Positions 26,272-37,064 of a DNA stretch of 64,000 nt are shown piece after piece. The stretch's first letter is position 1, and the number at the start of each line of letters is the position of its first letter. The position numbers and the translations under genes are program-made. Below the pieces are notes generated by a model that searched no databases, was not told the DNA's origin, and was given only the letters and a program-made list of their open reading frames with translations. Source of the DNA: an uncultured Alphaproteobacteria bacterium. Lineage in GTDB: Bacteria > Pseudomonadota > Alphaproteobacteria > Rhizobiales > Xanthobacteraceae. The stretch lies in contig CAVXFY010000009.1 of NCBI GenBank assembly GCA_963761185.1, forward strand, positions 469,109 to 533,108, in the 5' to 3' direction.

Positions 26272-27039
26272 ATGGCAGACTTCAAGAACAAGATTGCTTT
26301 CGTCATCGGGGCCACGTCGGGCATCGGCCGCGCCACGGCCACAGGCTTCGCGCAATAAGGCGCCACCGTCGTCGTCACCGGGCGGCGCGAGAAGGAGGGA
26401 CGCGAAACGCTCGACATGATTCGCGCCGCCGGCGGCGACGGCGTATTTCTCAAGCTCGATCTCGCCATCGAGAGCGAGGTCGCGGCCGCCGTGCGCGAGA
26501 CCGTATCCCGTTACGGCCGGCTCGATTGCGCGGCCAATTGCGCCGGCAACGATATCGCGCATGCGCTCACGGAATTTTCCGAGGCCGATTACGACGCCAT
26601 ATTCGATGCCAATGTCAGAGGCCTGTTCTTCTGCCTCAAGCACGAAATTCTGGCGATGCACGAGACGGGCGGCTCGATCGTCAATGTCGGCTCGGTAGCG
26701 GCGCAAATGACCGATCTCGGCAACGCGCTCTACAATGCCAGCAAGGCCGCCGCACGTTCGCTCACCCGCACGGCTGCGACCGAAGGCGCCAAGTACCGCA
26801 TCCGCGTCAACGAAGTAGCGCCCGGCCCGGTCAGGACGCCGATGCTCGAAGGGTTCTTGCAGAAGGCCGCGGCGGCCGGCTCCGCATTCAACACGGATTC
26901 GATCGTCGCCAATATCCCGCTCGGCCGCATCGGCGCGGCGGACGAGATCGCCAATGCGGTGCTGTTTCTCTGTTCCGACGCGTCCGCCTATACGACCGGC
27001 GCGTCGCTTACGGTGGATGGCGGATTTTTGCTGGGATAA
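26272..27039 (+). pseudogene. SDR-family oxidoreductase with an in-frame TAA at codon 29
   Basis: MADFKNKIAFVIGATSGIGRATATGFAQ-TAA(26356-26358)-GATVVVTGRREKEG... continues in the same frame into ORF 26416..27039, which carries NASKAA and the PGPVRTPM motifs. Confidence 0.8.
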
Positions 27040-27046
27040 GAAAATC

Positions 27047-27123
<77 letters not shown>

Positions 27124-27325
27124 GCAAAGCCGGTACAATGCGGACTAGATAGCGAAACCGGGACGGGGCGGCAACCGTTCGCCGGGATATGAAACTCGGT
27201 CGGGGCCGGATTTTCCCTTAAATCCGGTTCTCGGCCCATGTCACTAATTCAAGACAGGAACTGGACCGCTTGCCGCACGCCAGCGCGGCTCCTAATCTTG
27301 CCGGCCAAGTCCAGGGAGCAACCCC

Positions 27326-28564
27326 ATGTCGCAACTTGCCGAGAAATCAGACCACAAGGCGGAGAAGCGCGAAACGAAGGGCGTCCAGATCAAGGACACA
27401 GCCTTCAACTGGGAGGACCCGCTCGATCTCGAAGGCGAGCTCAGCGAGGAAGAGCGCATGGTGCGCGACACCGCGCGGGATTATGCGCAGGAGAAATTGT
27501 TTCCCCGCGTCATCGCCGCCAATCGCGACGGCAATTTCAACCCGGACGTGGTCAAGGAAATGGGTGAGCTCGGGCTGCTTGGCCCGACCATCCCCGAGGA
27601 ATATGGCGGCGCGGGCCTCAACTATGTCTGCTCCGGGCTGATCGCGCGCGAGATCGAACGCGCCGATTCCGGCTACCGCTCCCTGATGTCGGTGATTTCC
27701 TCGCTCGTCATGCACCCGATCTATGCCTACGGCAGCGAGGCGCAGCGCAAGACATATCTGCCGAAGCTCGCAAAAGGAGAAATGGTCGGCTGCTTTGGCC
27801 TCACCGAACCCGATCACGGCTCCGATCCCGGCTCCATGGTGACGCGCGCGCAGAAGGTGCCGGGCGGCTATAGCCTCAGCGGCGCCAAGACCTGGATCAC
27901 CAATGCGCCGGTCGCCGACATCGCCGTGGTCTGGGCCAAGCTCGACGGCAAGATCCGCGGCTTCATCGTCGAGCGCGGCACCAAAGGTTTTTCCACGCCG
28001 AAGATCGAAGGCAAGCTTTCGCTACGCGCCTCGATCACCGGCGAGATCGTGCTCGAAGGCGCGGTGGTGCCGGAAGAGAACATCCTGCCGAATGTTGCCG
28101 GCCTCGCCGGGCCGTTCGGCTGCCTCAATATGGCGCGCACCGGCATTGCCTGGGGCGCGATGGGGGCGGCCGAATTCTGCTGGCATCGCGCCCGCGACTA
28201 CACGCTTAACCGTAAGCAATTCGGCCGGCCGCTCGCCGCCAACCAGCTCATTCAGAAAAAACTCGCCGACATGCAGACCGAGATCACGCTCGGCCTGCAC
28301 GCGGCGCTGCGGCTCGCCCGGCTGATCGACCAGGGCAAAGCGTCGCCGCCGGCGATCTCGCTGCTCAAGCGCAACAATTGCGGCAAGGCGCTCGATATCG
28401 CGCGCATGGCGCGCGATATGCACGGCGGCAACGGCATCTCGGAAGAATATCATGTCATGCGCGTGCTCTGTAATCTCGAGACCGTGAATACTTATGAAGG
28501 CACGCACGACATTCATGCGCTGATCCTCGGTCGCGCGCAGACCGGCATCCAAGCGTTCATGTAA
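27326..28564 (+). CDS. gcdH: glutaryl-CoA dehydrogenase (acyl-CoA dehydrogenase family)
   Basis: 412 aa with the full ACAD architecture. [30 protein letters not shown] and [18 protein letters not shown] are typical of GcdH. Confidence 0.8.
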   Translation: MSQLAEKSDHKAEKRETKGVQIKDTAFNWEDPLDLEGELSEEERMVRDTARDYAQEKLFPRVIAANRDGNFNPDVVKEMGELGLLGPTIPEEYGGAGLNYVCSGLIAREIERADSGYRSLMSVISSLVMHPIYAYGSEAQRKTYLPKLAKGEMVGCFGLTEPDHGSDPGSMVTRAQKVPGGYSLSGAKTWITNAPVADIAVVWAKLDGKIRGFIVERGTKGFSTPKIEGKLSLRASITGEIVLEGAVVPEENILPNVAGLAGPFGCLNMARTGIAWGAMGAAEFCWHRARDYTLNRKQFGRPLAANQLIQKKLADMQTEITLGLHAALRLARLIDQGKASPPAISLLKRNNCGKALDIARMARDMHGGNGISEEYHVMRVLCNLETVNTYEGTHDIHALILGRAQTGIQAFM

Positions 28565-28574
28565 GTCTTTATCC

Positions 28575-28674
28575 GTCACCCTGAGGTGGCCGCGAAGCGG
28601 CCCTCGAAGAGCGACGGCCCGAACACCTCGGCCGACATCCTTCGAGGCTCGCTTGGCTCGCACCTCAGGATGAC
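28575..28674. repeat. REP family B (~100 nt, gtcaccctgaggtggccgcgaagcggccctcgaag...cttcgaggctcgc..gctcgcacctcaggatgac)
   Basis: An inverted copy lies at 43380-43479. Confidence 0.75.
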
Positions 28675-28713
28675 GGGAAGAGCGCCGGAGACACCATTTA
28701 GTGGAGCAAAACA

Positions 28714-28980
28714 ATGTGCCGCAACATCCGCACCCTGTTCAATTTCGAGCCGCCGGCCACTGAAGATGAAATCCGCGCTTCGGCGGTGCAATTCGTCCGC
28801 AAGCTCTCCGGCTTTGCCAAGCCCTCGCACTTAAACGAGGCGGCGTTCAACCGCGCCGTCGACGAGGTGACGGAGGCCGCGCGCCGGCTCCTCGGCGCGC
28901 TCGAAACGTCGAGCCCGGCGAAGAACCGCGACGTCGAAGCGGCGAAAGCGCGCGAACGAGCGCGGGAACGGTTTGCATGA
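28714..28980 (+). CDS. DUF2277-like small protein
   Basis: MCRNIRTLFNFEPPATEDEIRASAVQFVRKLSG matches the conserved DUF2277 N-terminus. Confidence 0.7.
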   Translation: MCRNIRTLFNFEPPATEDEIRASAVQFVRKLSGFAKPSHLNEAAFNRAVDEVTEAARRLLGALETSSPAKNRDVEAAKARERARERFA

Positions 28981-28996
28981 CCGGCAGGCAACCAAC

Positions 28997-29524
28997 ATGA
29001 ACGGCAGGCTTGGCGCCGACGACGTTCGCAAGCTTCTCGATCTCGAACCGAACGCGACCTGCGGTTTCGTGAAGCTGACATTCGCGAGCCCGCAAGCGCT
29101 CGCGGCGGGCGCCCTCCCCGCACCATTCGCGGACGCGCGGCCGGTGGGTTCGGCGCTTTATTTCATGGTGACTCCGGAAGCGCCGGTGCGGCTGCATCGC
29201 ATCCGCAACGATCAGCTCTATCATTATTATCTCGGCGACCCGATCGAGCTGTTCCTCCTGCATGGCGACGGCAGGAGCGAACGCATTATTGTCGGGCCGG
29301 ATATCGCCGCCGGCCAGCGCCTGCAGTTTTTGATCCCCGGCAATACGTTTCACACCGCGCGATTGATCGGGACCGGCCGGTGGTTTCTCGGCGCCTCCAC
29401 CGAGTGGCCGGGCGTCATCCCGGCCGATGTCGAGATCGGCAATCTCGATGGGCTGGCCGCGAAATATCCGGCCGTTGCCGCCGAAATACGCGCCATCGCC
29501 ACGTCGGTCAAAGTCGTCGCTTAA
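28997..29524 (+). CDS. cupin-fold protein (DUF985-like)
   Basis: LEPNATCGFV....S......RP.GSALYFM......VRLHRIRNDQLYHYYLGDP...LL. The start is placed at MNGRLG; the track starts at 28973. Confidence 0.65.
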   Translation: MNGRLGADDVRKLLDLEPNATCGFVKLTFASPQALAAGALPAPFADARPVGSALYFMVTPEAPVRLHRIRNDQLYHYYLGDPIELFLLHGDGRSERIIVGPDIAAGQRLQFLIPGNTFHTARLIGTGRWFLGASTEWPGVIPADVEIGNLDGLAAKYPAVAAEIRAIATSVKVVA

Positions 29525-29616
29525 ATCGGCGAAAAAAGCCTGTCGCGCTCTAGCTGTAATTCCGGCGCATGATGCCGATGCCGCGGAATCATTTCCTTTA
29601 GGCAAGGAGAACTTTC

Positions 29617-30201
29617 ATGCGTCTGCCGCTGATCGCGCCCGCCGACCTCACTCCCGAACAACGCCCGGTTTACGAGGACATGAAAGCCGGCATCGAGAAG
29701 AATTTTCAGGGTTTTGCGACCATCGCCAAGAGCGGCGCCAAAGCCGGTGCGCTGATGGGGCCGTGGAATCCGTGGCTGCACGAGCCGAAATTCGGCAAGC
29801 CGATCTGGGATCTGACATTGGCGCTGTCGATATCGCCGTCGCTGCCACGCACCGTGCGGGAAGTGGCGATCCTGGTGACCGGCACGGTCTTTCATTCATC
29901 CTATGAGCTTTACGCCCACGTCATCGCCGCCGAACGGCGCGGGCTCTCCGACGACAAGCTCGCCACCATCGTCTCGGGCCAGCGGCCGCCCGATCTGACG
30001 CGCGAAGAAGTCGTGGCTTACGACATCGCCTCCTCGCTCCTGCACCACGGCACCTTGCCCGAACTCAGCTATCGCGCGGCGGTGCAGGCATTCGGGCAGC
30101 ATGGCGCCGCCGAACTGATTTATCTCGTCGGCCTCTACTGTCTCGTCTCGGTGACATTGAACGGCTTCAATGTCCCGGTGCCCGAGACCGAGCCCGTTTG
30201 A
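29617..30201 (+). CDS. carboxymuconolactone decarboxylase (AhpD-like) family protein
   Basis: MRLPLIAP.DLTPEQRPVYEDM...I......REVAIL..G.VF.S.YELYAH is typical of the CMD family. Confidence 0.7.
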   Translation: MRLPLIAPADLTPEQRPVYEDMKAGIEKNFQGFATIAKSGAKAGALMGPWNPWLHEPKFGKPIWDLTLALSISPSLPRTVREVAILVTGTVFHSSYELYAHVIAAERRGLSDDKLATIVSGQRPPDLTREEVVAYDIASSLLHHGTLPELSYRAAVQAFGQHGAAELIYLVGLYCLVSVTLNGFNVPVPETEPV

Positions 30202-30237
30202 GTGGGCAAACCGCGGCGGCGCTGCCGCCGCTTTGGC

Positions 30238-30750
30238 CTATTCCTGTTCGGTGCGGCACGCCTCGAACAGGAACCAGGTTCGCCGTTCCAACTCGTCGAT
30301 CCACACTTCGAGCAGGCTTGTTGTCGCCACGTCGCCGTGCTCGTCGCACAGGTCGTGGGTTTCGCGCATGGCAGCCGTCAGCTGCTTGTTGTCCTCGCGC
30401 AGCTCGGCCAGCATATCGAGCGGGGTGACGAACTCGGCGTCGTTGTCCAATACCCGCTTGAGCTTGCTGATCTGGCCGATCGAACGGATCGTGGTGCCGC
30501 CGATCTTGCGGGCGCGTTCGGCGATGACGTCGGTGGTGGCGAAGATCTGATCGGACTGCTCGTCGAGCATCAGATGATAATCGCGGAAATGCGGGCCGGA
30601 CATGTGCCAGTGAAAATTCTTGGTCTTCACATAGAGCGCGAACATGTCGGCAAGGAGGATGCGCAGCGCGCCGGAAATATCGCCGACGGCATTGTCCTTG
30701 AGATCGGTCGGAGTTCCGAGCGCGGCAGTCCGCGAAGCTTTGGCGTTCAT
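30238..30750 (-). CDS. dps: Dps (DNA starvation/stationary-phase protection protein)
   Basis: LLADMFALYVKTKNFHWHMSGPHFRDYHLMLDEQ are the ferroxidase-site residues. Confidence 0.9.
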   Translation of the reverse strand: MNAKASRTAALGTPTDLKDNAVGDISGALRILLADMFALYVKTKNFHWHMSGPHFRDYHLMLDEQSDQIFATTDVIAERARKIGGTTIRSIGQISKLKRVLDNDAEFVTPLDMLAELREDNKQLTAAMRETHDLCDEHGDVATTSLLEVWIDELERRTWFLFEACRTEQE

Positions 30751-30818
30751 GTGTCAGGTCCTTTCGTTGCTATAATATCCATCACCGCGCGGGGTAACGC
30801 GCGGAGGGCGAAATGGTG

Positions 30819-31290
30819 TCATGCGGTTTGCGGGTGAAATTTGCGCACGGCGAGGAACCCGAGCGCGACGAAGACGATCAGCACGGCGCTTTGGGCGATG
30901 AGGAAGGGCGGTTCCGATTGGGTCGGCGCCAGATCGTGCAGCACCGGCACTTTCAAAAAGCCCTGGAACACCAGCACGAAGCAGTTCAGGTACAGCGAGG
31001 TCATGGCGGTCACGACATAGACCCAGCGCCACGCGCCGGCGAGATGAAAGAGATAATAGGCGCCGACCGCGATTGCCAGGAGAATGAGCGAAAGCGTGCC
31101 GACGGCGCGCGGCGGGTCGAAGCCGAAGGGCGCGAGCGGAAAGCCGGTGACGCTGGTCAGGATCGTCGTCGTCAGAAACAGAGCCGTCCAGCCGCCGAGC
31201 GCCTGGCCAGTCAAAAGACCGTAAAGCACGATCAAGGCCGGACACGATGCCGACCAGGCTCAAACCGACATGAATAGCAAGCAATGACAT
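30819..31290 (-). pseudogene. small membrane protein, one frameshift near 31232
   Basis: The ATG at 31290 has a strong GGAGG RBS and gives MSLLAIHVGLSLVGIVSGL. The hydrophobic protein then continues as IVLYGLLTGQALGGW... in another frame (ORF 30819..31235). Confidence 0.55.
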
Positions 31291-31353
31291 CTCGACCTCC
31301 TCACGTCACTTCGGAATACAAAAATTCTGCACGAAGAATCTTGTTCATCAAGC

Positions 31354-32229
31354 TCATGTCTTGATGATGAAATCGACGATCGCCGCCGTGGTCTGCCGCG
31401 GCTCTTCCTCCATCACCCAATGGCCCGAATCCGTGATGACGCCGCCGGTGACGTCGGTGGCGACGAACCGCATGATATCGGCCATCAGCGTCTTGTAGGA
31501 ATGGTCGCCGCCAAGCGCCAGGATCGGCATGGTGAGCTTGCCTTGGGCGGCCAGGGCCTTGTTGTCGATGGCGTCCTGCGTGAACGCGGCGAATTGCTCG
31601 AAGGCGCAATGCATGGCGCCGGGGCGGGCATAGAGCCGCGCGTAATGCCGCCGCGTCGCTTCGTCGATCTTCTTCGGATTGGCCGACAGTTCGTTCCAGA
31701 AGCGGTCGAGAAAGATGCGCTCGCGGCCCTTGACCAGCCGCTCGACATCCGGTCCGCGGAAATTGAAGTGCCATGTCTTCGGATTGCGCAACTGATTCGT
31801 CCAGGGGCCGATCCCCGGCAGCGGCGCATCGATGACGACCCAGCGCACAACCCGCGCCGGAAATTGGGCGGCAAAGGCGTAGCCGACCATATTGCCGATA
31901 TCGTGGGTGACGAGAGCCGCGCTGCCGATCTTCAGCCGATCCAGCACCTGCGCGATATCATGCGCTTGCGTCTTCTTGTCGTAGCCGCCAGGCGGGTGCG
32001 ACGACAGGCCCATGCCGCGCAGATCGGGTACGACAATTGTGTGGTCCGCGACCAAAGCCGCGGCAACCGGCGCCCACATGTCGCCGGTGTCGCCAAAGCC
32101 GTGCAGCAGGACGACCGCCGGCCCTTTGCCGCCGGACCGGACGTGGATCGTCGCACCATCAGTTTTGATATTGCGGGCATGGAAGCCCTTCGGAAACGAC
32201 CGCGCTTTTGCGGAGACCGCTGCCGCCAC
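31354..32229 (-). CDS. alpha/beta hydrolase (epoxide hydrolase / haloalkane dehalogenase-like)
   Basis: VVLLHGFGDTGDMW, HDIGNMVGY (nucleophile elbow region) and C-terminal SGHWVMEE. GTG start with a GGAGG RBS. Confidence 0.8.
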   Translation of the reverse strand: MAAAVSAKARSFPKGFHARNIKTDGATIHVRSGGKGPAVVLLHGFGDTGDMWAPVAAALVADHTIVVPDLRGMGLSSHPPGGYDKKTQAHDIAQVLDRLKIGSAALVTHDIGNMVGYAFAAQFPARVVRWVVIDAPLPGIGPWTNQLRNPKTWHFNFRGPDVERLVKGRERIFLDRFWNELSANPKKIDEATRRHYARLYARPGAMHCAFEQFAAFTQDAIDNKALAAQGKLTMPILALGGDHSYKTLMADIMRFVATDVTGGVITDSGHWVMEEEPRQTTAAIVDFIIKT

Positions 32230-32527
32230 AACACACCTCCGTCCGCGCCATTCCTTGATCGCGCCATGCCTTGAGTGACATGGCCGGATGACGCGAAAAT
32301 TTCATACACCCCGCATCACTGCACAGACCGGCAGGCCATATTATGTCGCATCGGCCGGGCGAAGCGAAGTGCCGCTGCTGCGGGGTGTGACCCGACCAAA
32401 CCGCGGAGCCGAATAACCGCTGGAAGCCGACAAGTCTCGAAAACCGGTGCCGGTCACCGGTCCGAAACGGCTGGCGGCCGGGGTCCGAACACACTACATA
32501 GAGTTCTCCCCCACACAGGAGTACTTC

Positions 32528-32818
32528 ATGGCCTCGCGCCAGATCAAAATGCCGGTGAAGGACGATTCGGAAAAGGACGTCGAAGACGTGTTCTCGCAGC
32601 GTAAGCGTCCGGAACGCGGACGTTATTTGCTCCAGGTCGACCGGCAAACCAAGGGCTCCTACACGACCCCCGATGCCGCGCAGACGGTGGCACTGGGTAT
32701 CAAGACCGCCTATCCGATCGTCCAAGTCTCGATCTATGACAGCGTCGATAACACCAGCACCATGGTGGAAGTGGCTGCTGCCGCGGCGCATCCTCAATTG
32801 ACTTGGATCAAGGCCTAG
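32528..32818 (+). CDS. hypothetical small protein
   Basis: The ATG at 32528 has an ACAGGAG RBS. 96 aa, no recognised family. Confidence 0.5.
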   Translation: MASRQIKMPVKDDSEKDVEDVFSQRKRPERGRYLLQVDRQTKGSYTTPDAAQTVALGIKTAYPIVQVSIYDSVDNTSTMVEVAAAAAHPQLTWIKA

Positions 32819-32934
32819 CTTTTCCATTTGCGCATGATCTTTTCCGACCTTGCTTCGCCCGCCGAAGCGGGCTTGGCGAAGGCGGGAAACCGGCTTCCGC
32901 TCTTCGGGATCCTGCTCCAGGAGGACCAGATTTT

Positions 32935-33336
32935 ATGACAATTCACCACTTTCATGCCGTGATCTGGATTGATCACCACGAGGCGCGCGTCTTTCATTTC
33001 AGCCCGAGCGACGCCGAGAAGCTGGTGCTGCACCCGGACAATCCGACGCGGCACATCCACCACAAGGCCAATTCGATCGGCAGCGGCCACGCCGCGGAAG
33101 ATCACAATTTCCTCGAAGCGGTGACGCAATCGATCGCCGATGTCGGCGCCGTCCTGATCACCGGACCAGCCAATGCCAAGACCGAACTGGTCAAGCATAT
33201 CAGCGCTCATCATCCGCCACTGATGAAGATCATCACCGGCATCGAGACGGTCGACCACCCGAGCGACGGGCAACTGCTCGCTCATGCCCGGAAATATTTG
33301 AGGGTCGAAGACGAGATGCTGCCGCAGAAGAAGTAA
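32935..33336 (+). CDS. conserved hypothetical protein (His-rich N-terminus MTIHHFHAVIWIDHHEARVFHF)
   Basis: The ATG at 32935 lies downstream of a REP family D-like element that occupies the 5' part of the track ORF. To my recollection this family is often labelled translational machinery protein, without experimental support. Confidence 0.55.
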   Translation: MTIHHFHAVIWIDHHEARVFHFSPSDAEKLVLHPDNPTRHIHHKANSIGSGHAAEDHNFLEAVTQSIADVGAVLITGPANAKTELVKHISAHHPPLMKIITGIETVDHPSDGQLLAHARKYLRVEDEMLPQKK

Positions 33337-33344
33337 GCCTAAGC

Positions 33345-34919
33345 TTACTGCGCCGACAGCGACGAGATCGCCACGTTCACCGCGCCATTGGCATTGGCGA
33401 TCACCCGCAGCGTCTTGTCGTCATAGGCGATGCCGGCGAGCCACAGATCGTCGACGGTCGCGGTGGCACGAAGGCCCGGCGCTTGCGCCGCCAGATTGCC
33501 GACCGCTGCGGCAATGCGCGTCTTGGCGTCGGCGGCGAAGGGTTTCAGATCGATGACCGCCTTATCCGCGAGCGTCTTTTGCAGATAAGGCACCGCCGCC
33601 TGCGCCGCCGCGCCGAGGAGCCCGAACGCGGCCTCCGACTCCACATCGAGCGTGACGTCGGTGAAGCGTAGAATCTGCTGATCCTGATCGAGCACCGGCC
33701 GCCCCCACACATAGACTGTGGCGTCGACGCCGATAGAGAAGAAACCGCTTTTCTTCACGTGAACAAGCAGTGCGATCAAAAGATGGTCGCCCGCGGCCGC
33801 GACGCTCGCTTGTTTGATGGTCGCCGCGAACTCGCCGGAGCCGTCCTCCGGAAAGGTCTTTCCCGCGAACTGCGTCTCGAGCAAGCGGCTCACTTCGGTG
33901 AATGGGATATCGATCGGCACCGCGATATTGACGCGGCCTTGGTTCGCCTGCGGCACCAGATCAAGCTGTTGCGGGAACGGACAATCGGGCCTGGTTTCGT
34001 TCGGCACGATGCGGGTTTCCGCCTGCACGCCGACCAGCAAGGTCACCGCCTTGCCGTCGATCAGCGGTTGCGCGGCGATGGCGCGGCGCGGGCGAATTTC
34101 GAGCCAGAGATTTGGCATTGCTTGAGAGCTGCCCTGCCCGGCGGCGCCGAGCGGAACGGCGCAGCAAAGCTTGGCCCATTCGCCGCGCGCGGCGTTCTCG
34201 ATGAACGGATTGCTGCGCAGCTGCGCTTCCAAGGCATCGGTCTGCTGGTGGACTAGGTTATCGAGCACCGGCTTTACCTCATTGGCGACGCTGAGCTTGA
34301 GGACCCCGATCGGCAGCACCACGTCGACGACATTGACCTGCGCCGCCAGATTGGGCGCCAGCCGCCAGTTCGGCGCGAGGCTCGGCCGCGACGTCGTCGT
34401 CACGCTGCCAGATATATTGGTGTGCTGGTCGAACGCCTTGCCGGCGAGGTTTTGCACCTGCTGGCCGACATTGCCGCCGAGCAGATTGCCGATGGCGCCG
34501 TCGGCCGCGGCGACGCCGGTGCCGGCGGCGCCGGTGATGGTGCCGAGCGCCTGGAACTGGCCGGAGAGCGGTGTGGTGACGGTCAGCACGCCGGGCTGTC
34601 CGCTCATGACAAAGGGCCCGCGATTGACGTTAAACGTGAGCTGGGCGTTGGACAGAAGCTTCGAGACCGGATTCTGCGGCTTGCCGCTAAGGTTCCTCCG
34701 CGCCTGCGCGTCGAGCGCTTCGCTGATCGCCGACAGCGCGATCGCCGCCGGGGCCAGCACCACCGATGTGCCGGTGAGCGGCGGCAATGGCGGCATCGCG
34801 GCGAGCACCGGCCGTGCCTGCTGCGGCGCCACCGGCCACAGCACATTCATGAGGTAGGTCGCACCGGCAAAGGAGCCGACGAGAACCCCGGCACCAAAGA
34901 TGATCGTGCGCAGGCGCAT
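33345..34919 (-). CDS. DUF4403-like exported protein
   Basis: 524 aa with an N-terminal signal/anchor MRLRTIIFGAGVLVGSFAGATYL. The overall pattern resembles DUF4403 proteins. The assignment is from memory. Confidence 0.55.
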   Translation of the reverse strand: MRLRTIIFGAGVLVGSFAGATYLMNVLWPVAPQQARPVLAAMPPLPPLTGTSVVLAPAAIALSAISEALDAQARRNLSGKPQNPVSKLLSNAQLTFNVNRGPFVMSGQPGVLTVTTPLSGQFQALGTITGAAGTGVAAADGAIGNLLGGNVGQQVQNLAGKAFDQHTNISGSVTTTSRPSLAPNWRLAPNLAAQVNVVDVVLPIGVLKLSVANEVKPVLDNLVHQQTDALEAQLRSNPFIENAARGEWAKLCCAVPLGAAGQGSSQAMPNLWLEIRPRRAIAAQPLIDGKAVTLLVGVQAETRIVPNETRPDCPFPQQLDLVPQANQGRVNIAVPIDIPFTEVSRLLETQFAGKTFPEDGSGEFAATIKQASVAAAGDHLLIALLVHVKKSGFFSIGVDATVYVWGRPVLDQDQQILRFTDVTLDVESEAAFGLLGAAAQAAVPYLQKTLADKAVIDLKPFAADAKTRIAAAVGNLAAQAPGLRATATVDDLWLAGIAYDDKTLRVIANANGAVNVAISSLSAQ

Positions 34920-35045
34920 CGCGAATCGGTTTGCTCCCTCGTTTCGATACTATACGAGCGCTGTGCGACCGGCCCCGGATTTCGCCGCCGCCCAATTCGG
35001 GATAGGCTAGGCGAAGCGCCTTTCCGCTTCGAACGTGAGGACGCC

Positions 35046-35267
35046 ATGCGCTGGTTTTATCTGACGATCATCATCCTCTTCGCCGCCGCCATGCTGATCT
35101 TCGTCCTGCAGAATTTCGATTTTGTCACGATGGCATTCTTAGGATTTCGCATCCGCTCGCCGCTCGCGCTCTTGGCGGCGGTCATCTATGTGCTCGGCGC
35201 GATCACCGGCGGCTCGCTGTTGGCCCTGCTGCGCCGGTCGATCCGGGAATCCAAATCCGGCGTATAG
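35046..35267 (+). CDS. LapA/DUF1049-like small membrane protein
   Basis: MRWFYLTIIILFAAAMLIFVLQNFDFVTMAFLGFRIRSPLALLAAVIYVLGAITG is a two-helix LapA-domain pattern. Confidence 0.65.
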   Translation: MRWFYLTIIILFAAAMLIFVLQNFDFVTMAFLGFRIRSPLALLAAVIYVLGAITGGSLLALLRRSIRESKSGV

Positions 35268-35416
35268 GCATATAATCGGCGCAAAATAGGGCCTTGCGGG
35301 CCGGCCGCGGCGGAACCATATCCGCTTTGCGGCCACACGTTTTCCCGCCACTTGTTCCCGCCTTTTGGCCGTTTTTACTCACCCGCAACCAAATCAGTGA
35401 AAGCCACGGATCCGCC

Positions 35417-35944
35417 ATGCCTCAATCGATGTCGCAATCTTCGCTGCCGATTTTCGAAATCACCCTGAATGCGCTGTCGGCCGTTCTCGACAAGGCGGAG
35501 GCCTTCGCCACTGCCAAGAAGATCGATCCCGCGGTGCTGCTGCACACGCGGCTTTCGCCCGACATGTTCGATCTCATCCGCCAGGTGCAGATCGCGACGG
35601 ATCAGGCCAGACGCGGCTCGGCGCGGCTTGCCGGCGTCGAACCGCCGAAATCGCGCCCGACAACGAGACGACCATCGCGCAGCTCAAGGAGCGCATCGGG
35701 AAGACCGTGGCTTATCTCAAGACGCTCGACCGCAAGGCGATCGACGCCTCGGCCGAGCGCGAGATCACTTTTCCGCTCGGCCCGGAAAAGAAGGGCGCAC
35801 ATGAAGGGCGACGACTATCTCAACCACTTCGTGCTGCCGAATTTCTATTTCCATTGCACCACCGCCTACGACATCCTGCGCCATTGCGGCGTCGATATCG
35901 GCAAACAGGATTTCATGGGCGCTATTCCGCTCAAGATCAGCTGA
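35417..35944 (+). pseudogene. DUF1993-like protein, two frame switches (about 35650 and 35800)
   Basis: MPQSM...LAGVEPPK, then (F)APDNETTIAQLKERIGKTVAYLKTLDRKAIDASAEREITFPLGPEKKG in another frame, then back to HMKGDDYLNHFVLPNFYFHCTTAYDILRHCGVDIGKQDF. Confidence 0.7.
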
Positions 35945-35973
35945 GGCGGCACAAAGCCATGAGCGAGAGCGGT

Positions 35974-36411
35974 TCAGCGATGGACCAGCACGGGTATCTT
36001 GCAATGCGTGAGGACCTTAACCGTCTCGCTGCCAAGGACGAGCGCCGAGATGCCATGGCGGCCGTGCGAGGCCATGACGATGAGATCGCAGCCTTTCGTC
36101 ACCGCGATATCGATGATCGCGCGGTAGGGATGCTCATCTTCGACCTGGACCGTCTCGCATGAAACGCCCGCCGCCTGCGCTGCGTTGGCGGCGGCGCCGA
36201 GAATCTTATCGGCATGCTTTTGCATGCGCGCCTTGTACAGAGCCGGCGTATCCTCGATCATCTGCGTGTCGGTCGTGAATGTGTGAAAAGGCGCCAGGAC
36301 GGTAAGCACGGTGGTCTTGGCGTCGATCCGCTGAGCCAAGGCGATACCATGCTGGATGGCTTTCCCGGCGAGTTCCGATCCGTCCGTCGGCAACAGCATG
36401 TTGCTATACAT
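35974..36411 (-). CDS. universal stress protein (UspA family)
   Basis: MYSNMLLPTDGSE.....I..G..LA.......T.L.V and DLIVMASHGR.GISALVLGSET.KVL.H..IPVLV. Confidence 0.85.
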   Translation of the reverse strand: MYSNMLLPTDGSELAGKAIQHGIALAQRIDAKTTVLTVLAPFHTFTTDTQMIEDTPALYKARMQKHADKILGAAANAAQAAGVSCETVQVEDEHPYRAIIDIAVTKGCDLIVMASHGRHGISALVLGSETVKVLTHCKIPVLVHR

Positions 36412-36521
36412 CGCTCTCTCCTGCGATAGCGCCTCAAGACATAAACCCCGGACGGCACTTCGTTCATCCGGTGGTTCGGGCAATCCGCCATGCCTCCCGA
36501 TAACGGCAGCCAAGATCGCGA

Positions 36522-36980
36522 ATGCCGAGATCAATAGGGGCTATAACGCGTGAAATCCTGTCACCGCCGCGAAAGCGCATCACGGAGACCGCCCGCTTGG
36601 ACCCGGAATTCATCCGCGAACTGTTCGCGCCATTCGGCCCGGTGACGGTGAAGCGCCTGTTCGGCGGCTCGGGTATTTCGTCCGACGGCCTGACCTTCGC
36701 GCTTGTCTTCGATGGCGCGATCTTCCTCAAAGTCGACGACGGAAGCATCCCGGACTTCGAACGCGAAGGCTCGAGGCCCTTCGTCTATACCCGCGCCAAA
36801 AGCAAAGGCCGCGTCGGCAAAGCCTCGCTGTCCTATTGGCGGCTGCCGGAGCGGCTTTATGACGATCCGGAGGAGTTAGCGGTATGGGCGCGGCGGGCGT
36901 TCGCGATAGCGCAGCACAAGAAATCAGCGCCGCGAAAGCGGGCCAAACGAAAGGCCGGGACGCGGCGATCGAAAGTCTAG
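36522..36980 (+). CDS. TfoX/Sxy N-terminal domain family protein
   Basis: VTVKRLFGGSGISSDGLTFALVFDGAIFLKVDD...F..EG..PF.Y. The start is uncertain. Confidence 0.65.
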   Translation: MPRSIGAITREILSPPRKRITETARLDPEFIRELFAPFGPVTVKRLFGGSGISSDGLTFALVFDGAIFLKVDDGSIPDFEREGSRPFVYTRAKSKGRVGKASLSYWRLPERLYDDPEELAVWARRAFAIAQHKKSAPRKRAKRKAGTRRSKV

Positions 36981-37064
36981 TATTGTACGCCGTCCGCGCT
37001 CAGGCGAATACGCCGATCCGAGGAACAGCCACGCGCTTCTTATAACATCGGTGCTTTTCTCGCC

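Noticed and set aside
32443-32461. Palindrome ACCGGTG-ccggt-CACCGGT about 70 nt upstream of the small ORF at 32528, as an operator
   Set aside because: It is a single occurrence with no adjacent regulator gene. It could equally be a chance GC-rich hairpin and was not promoted to a finding.
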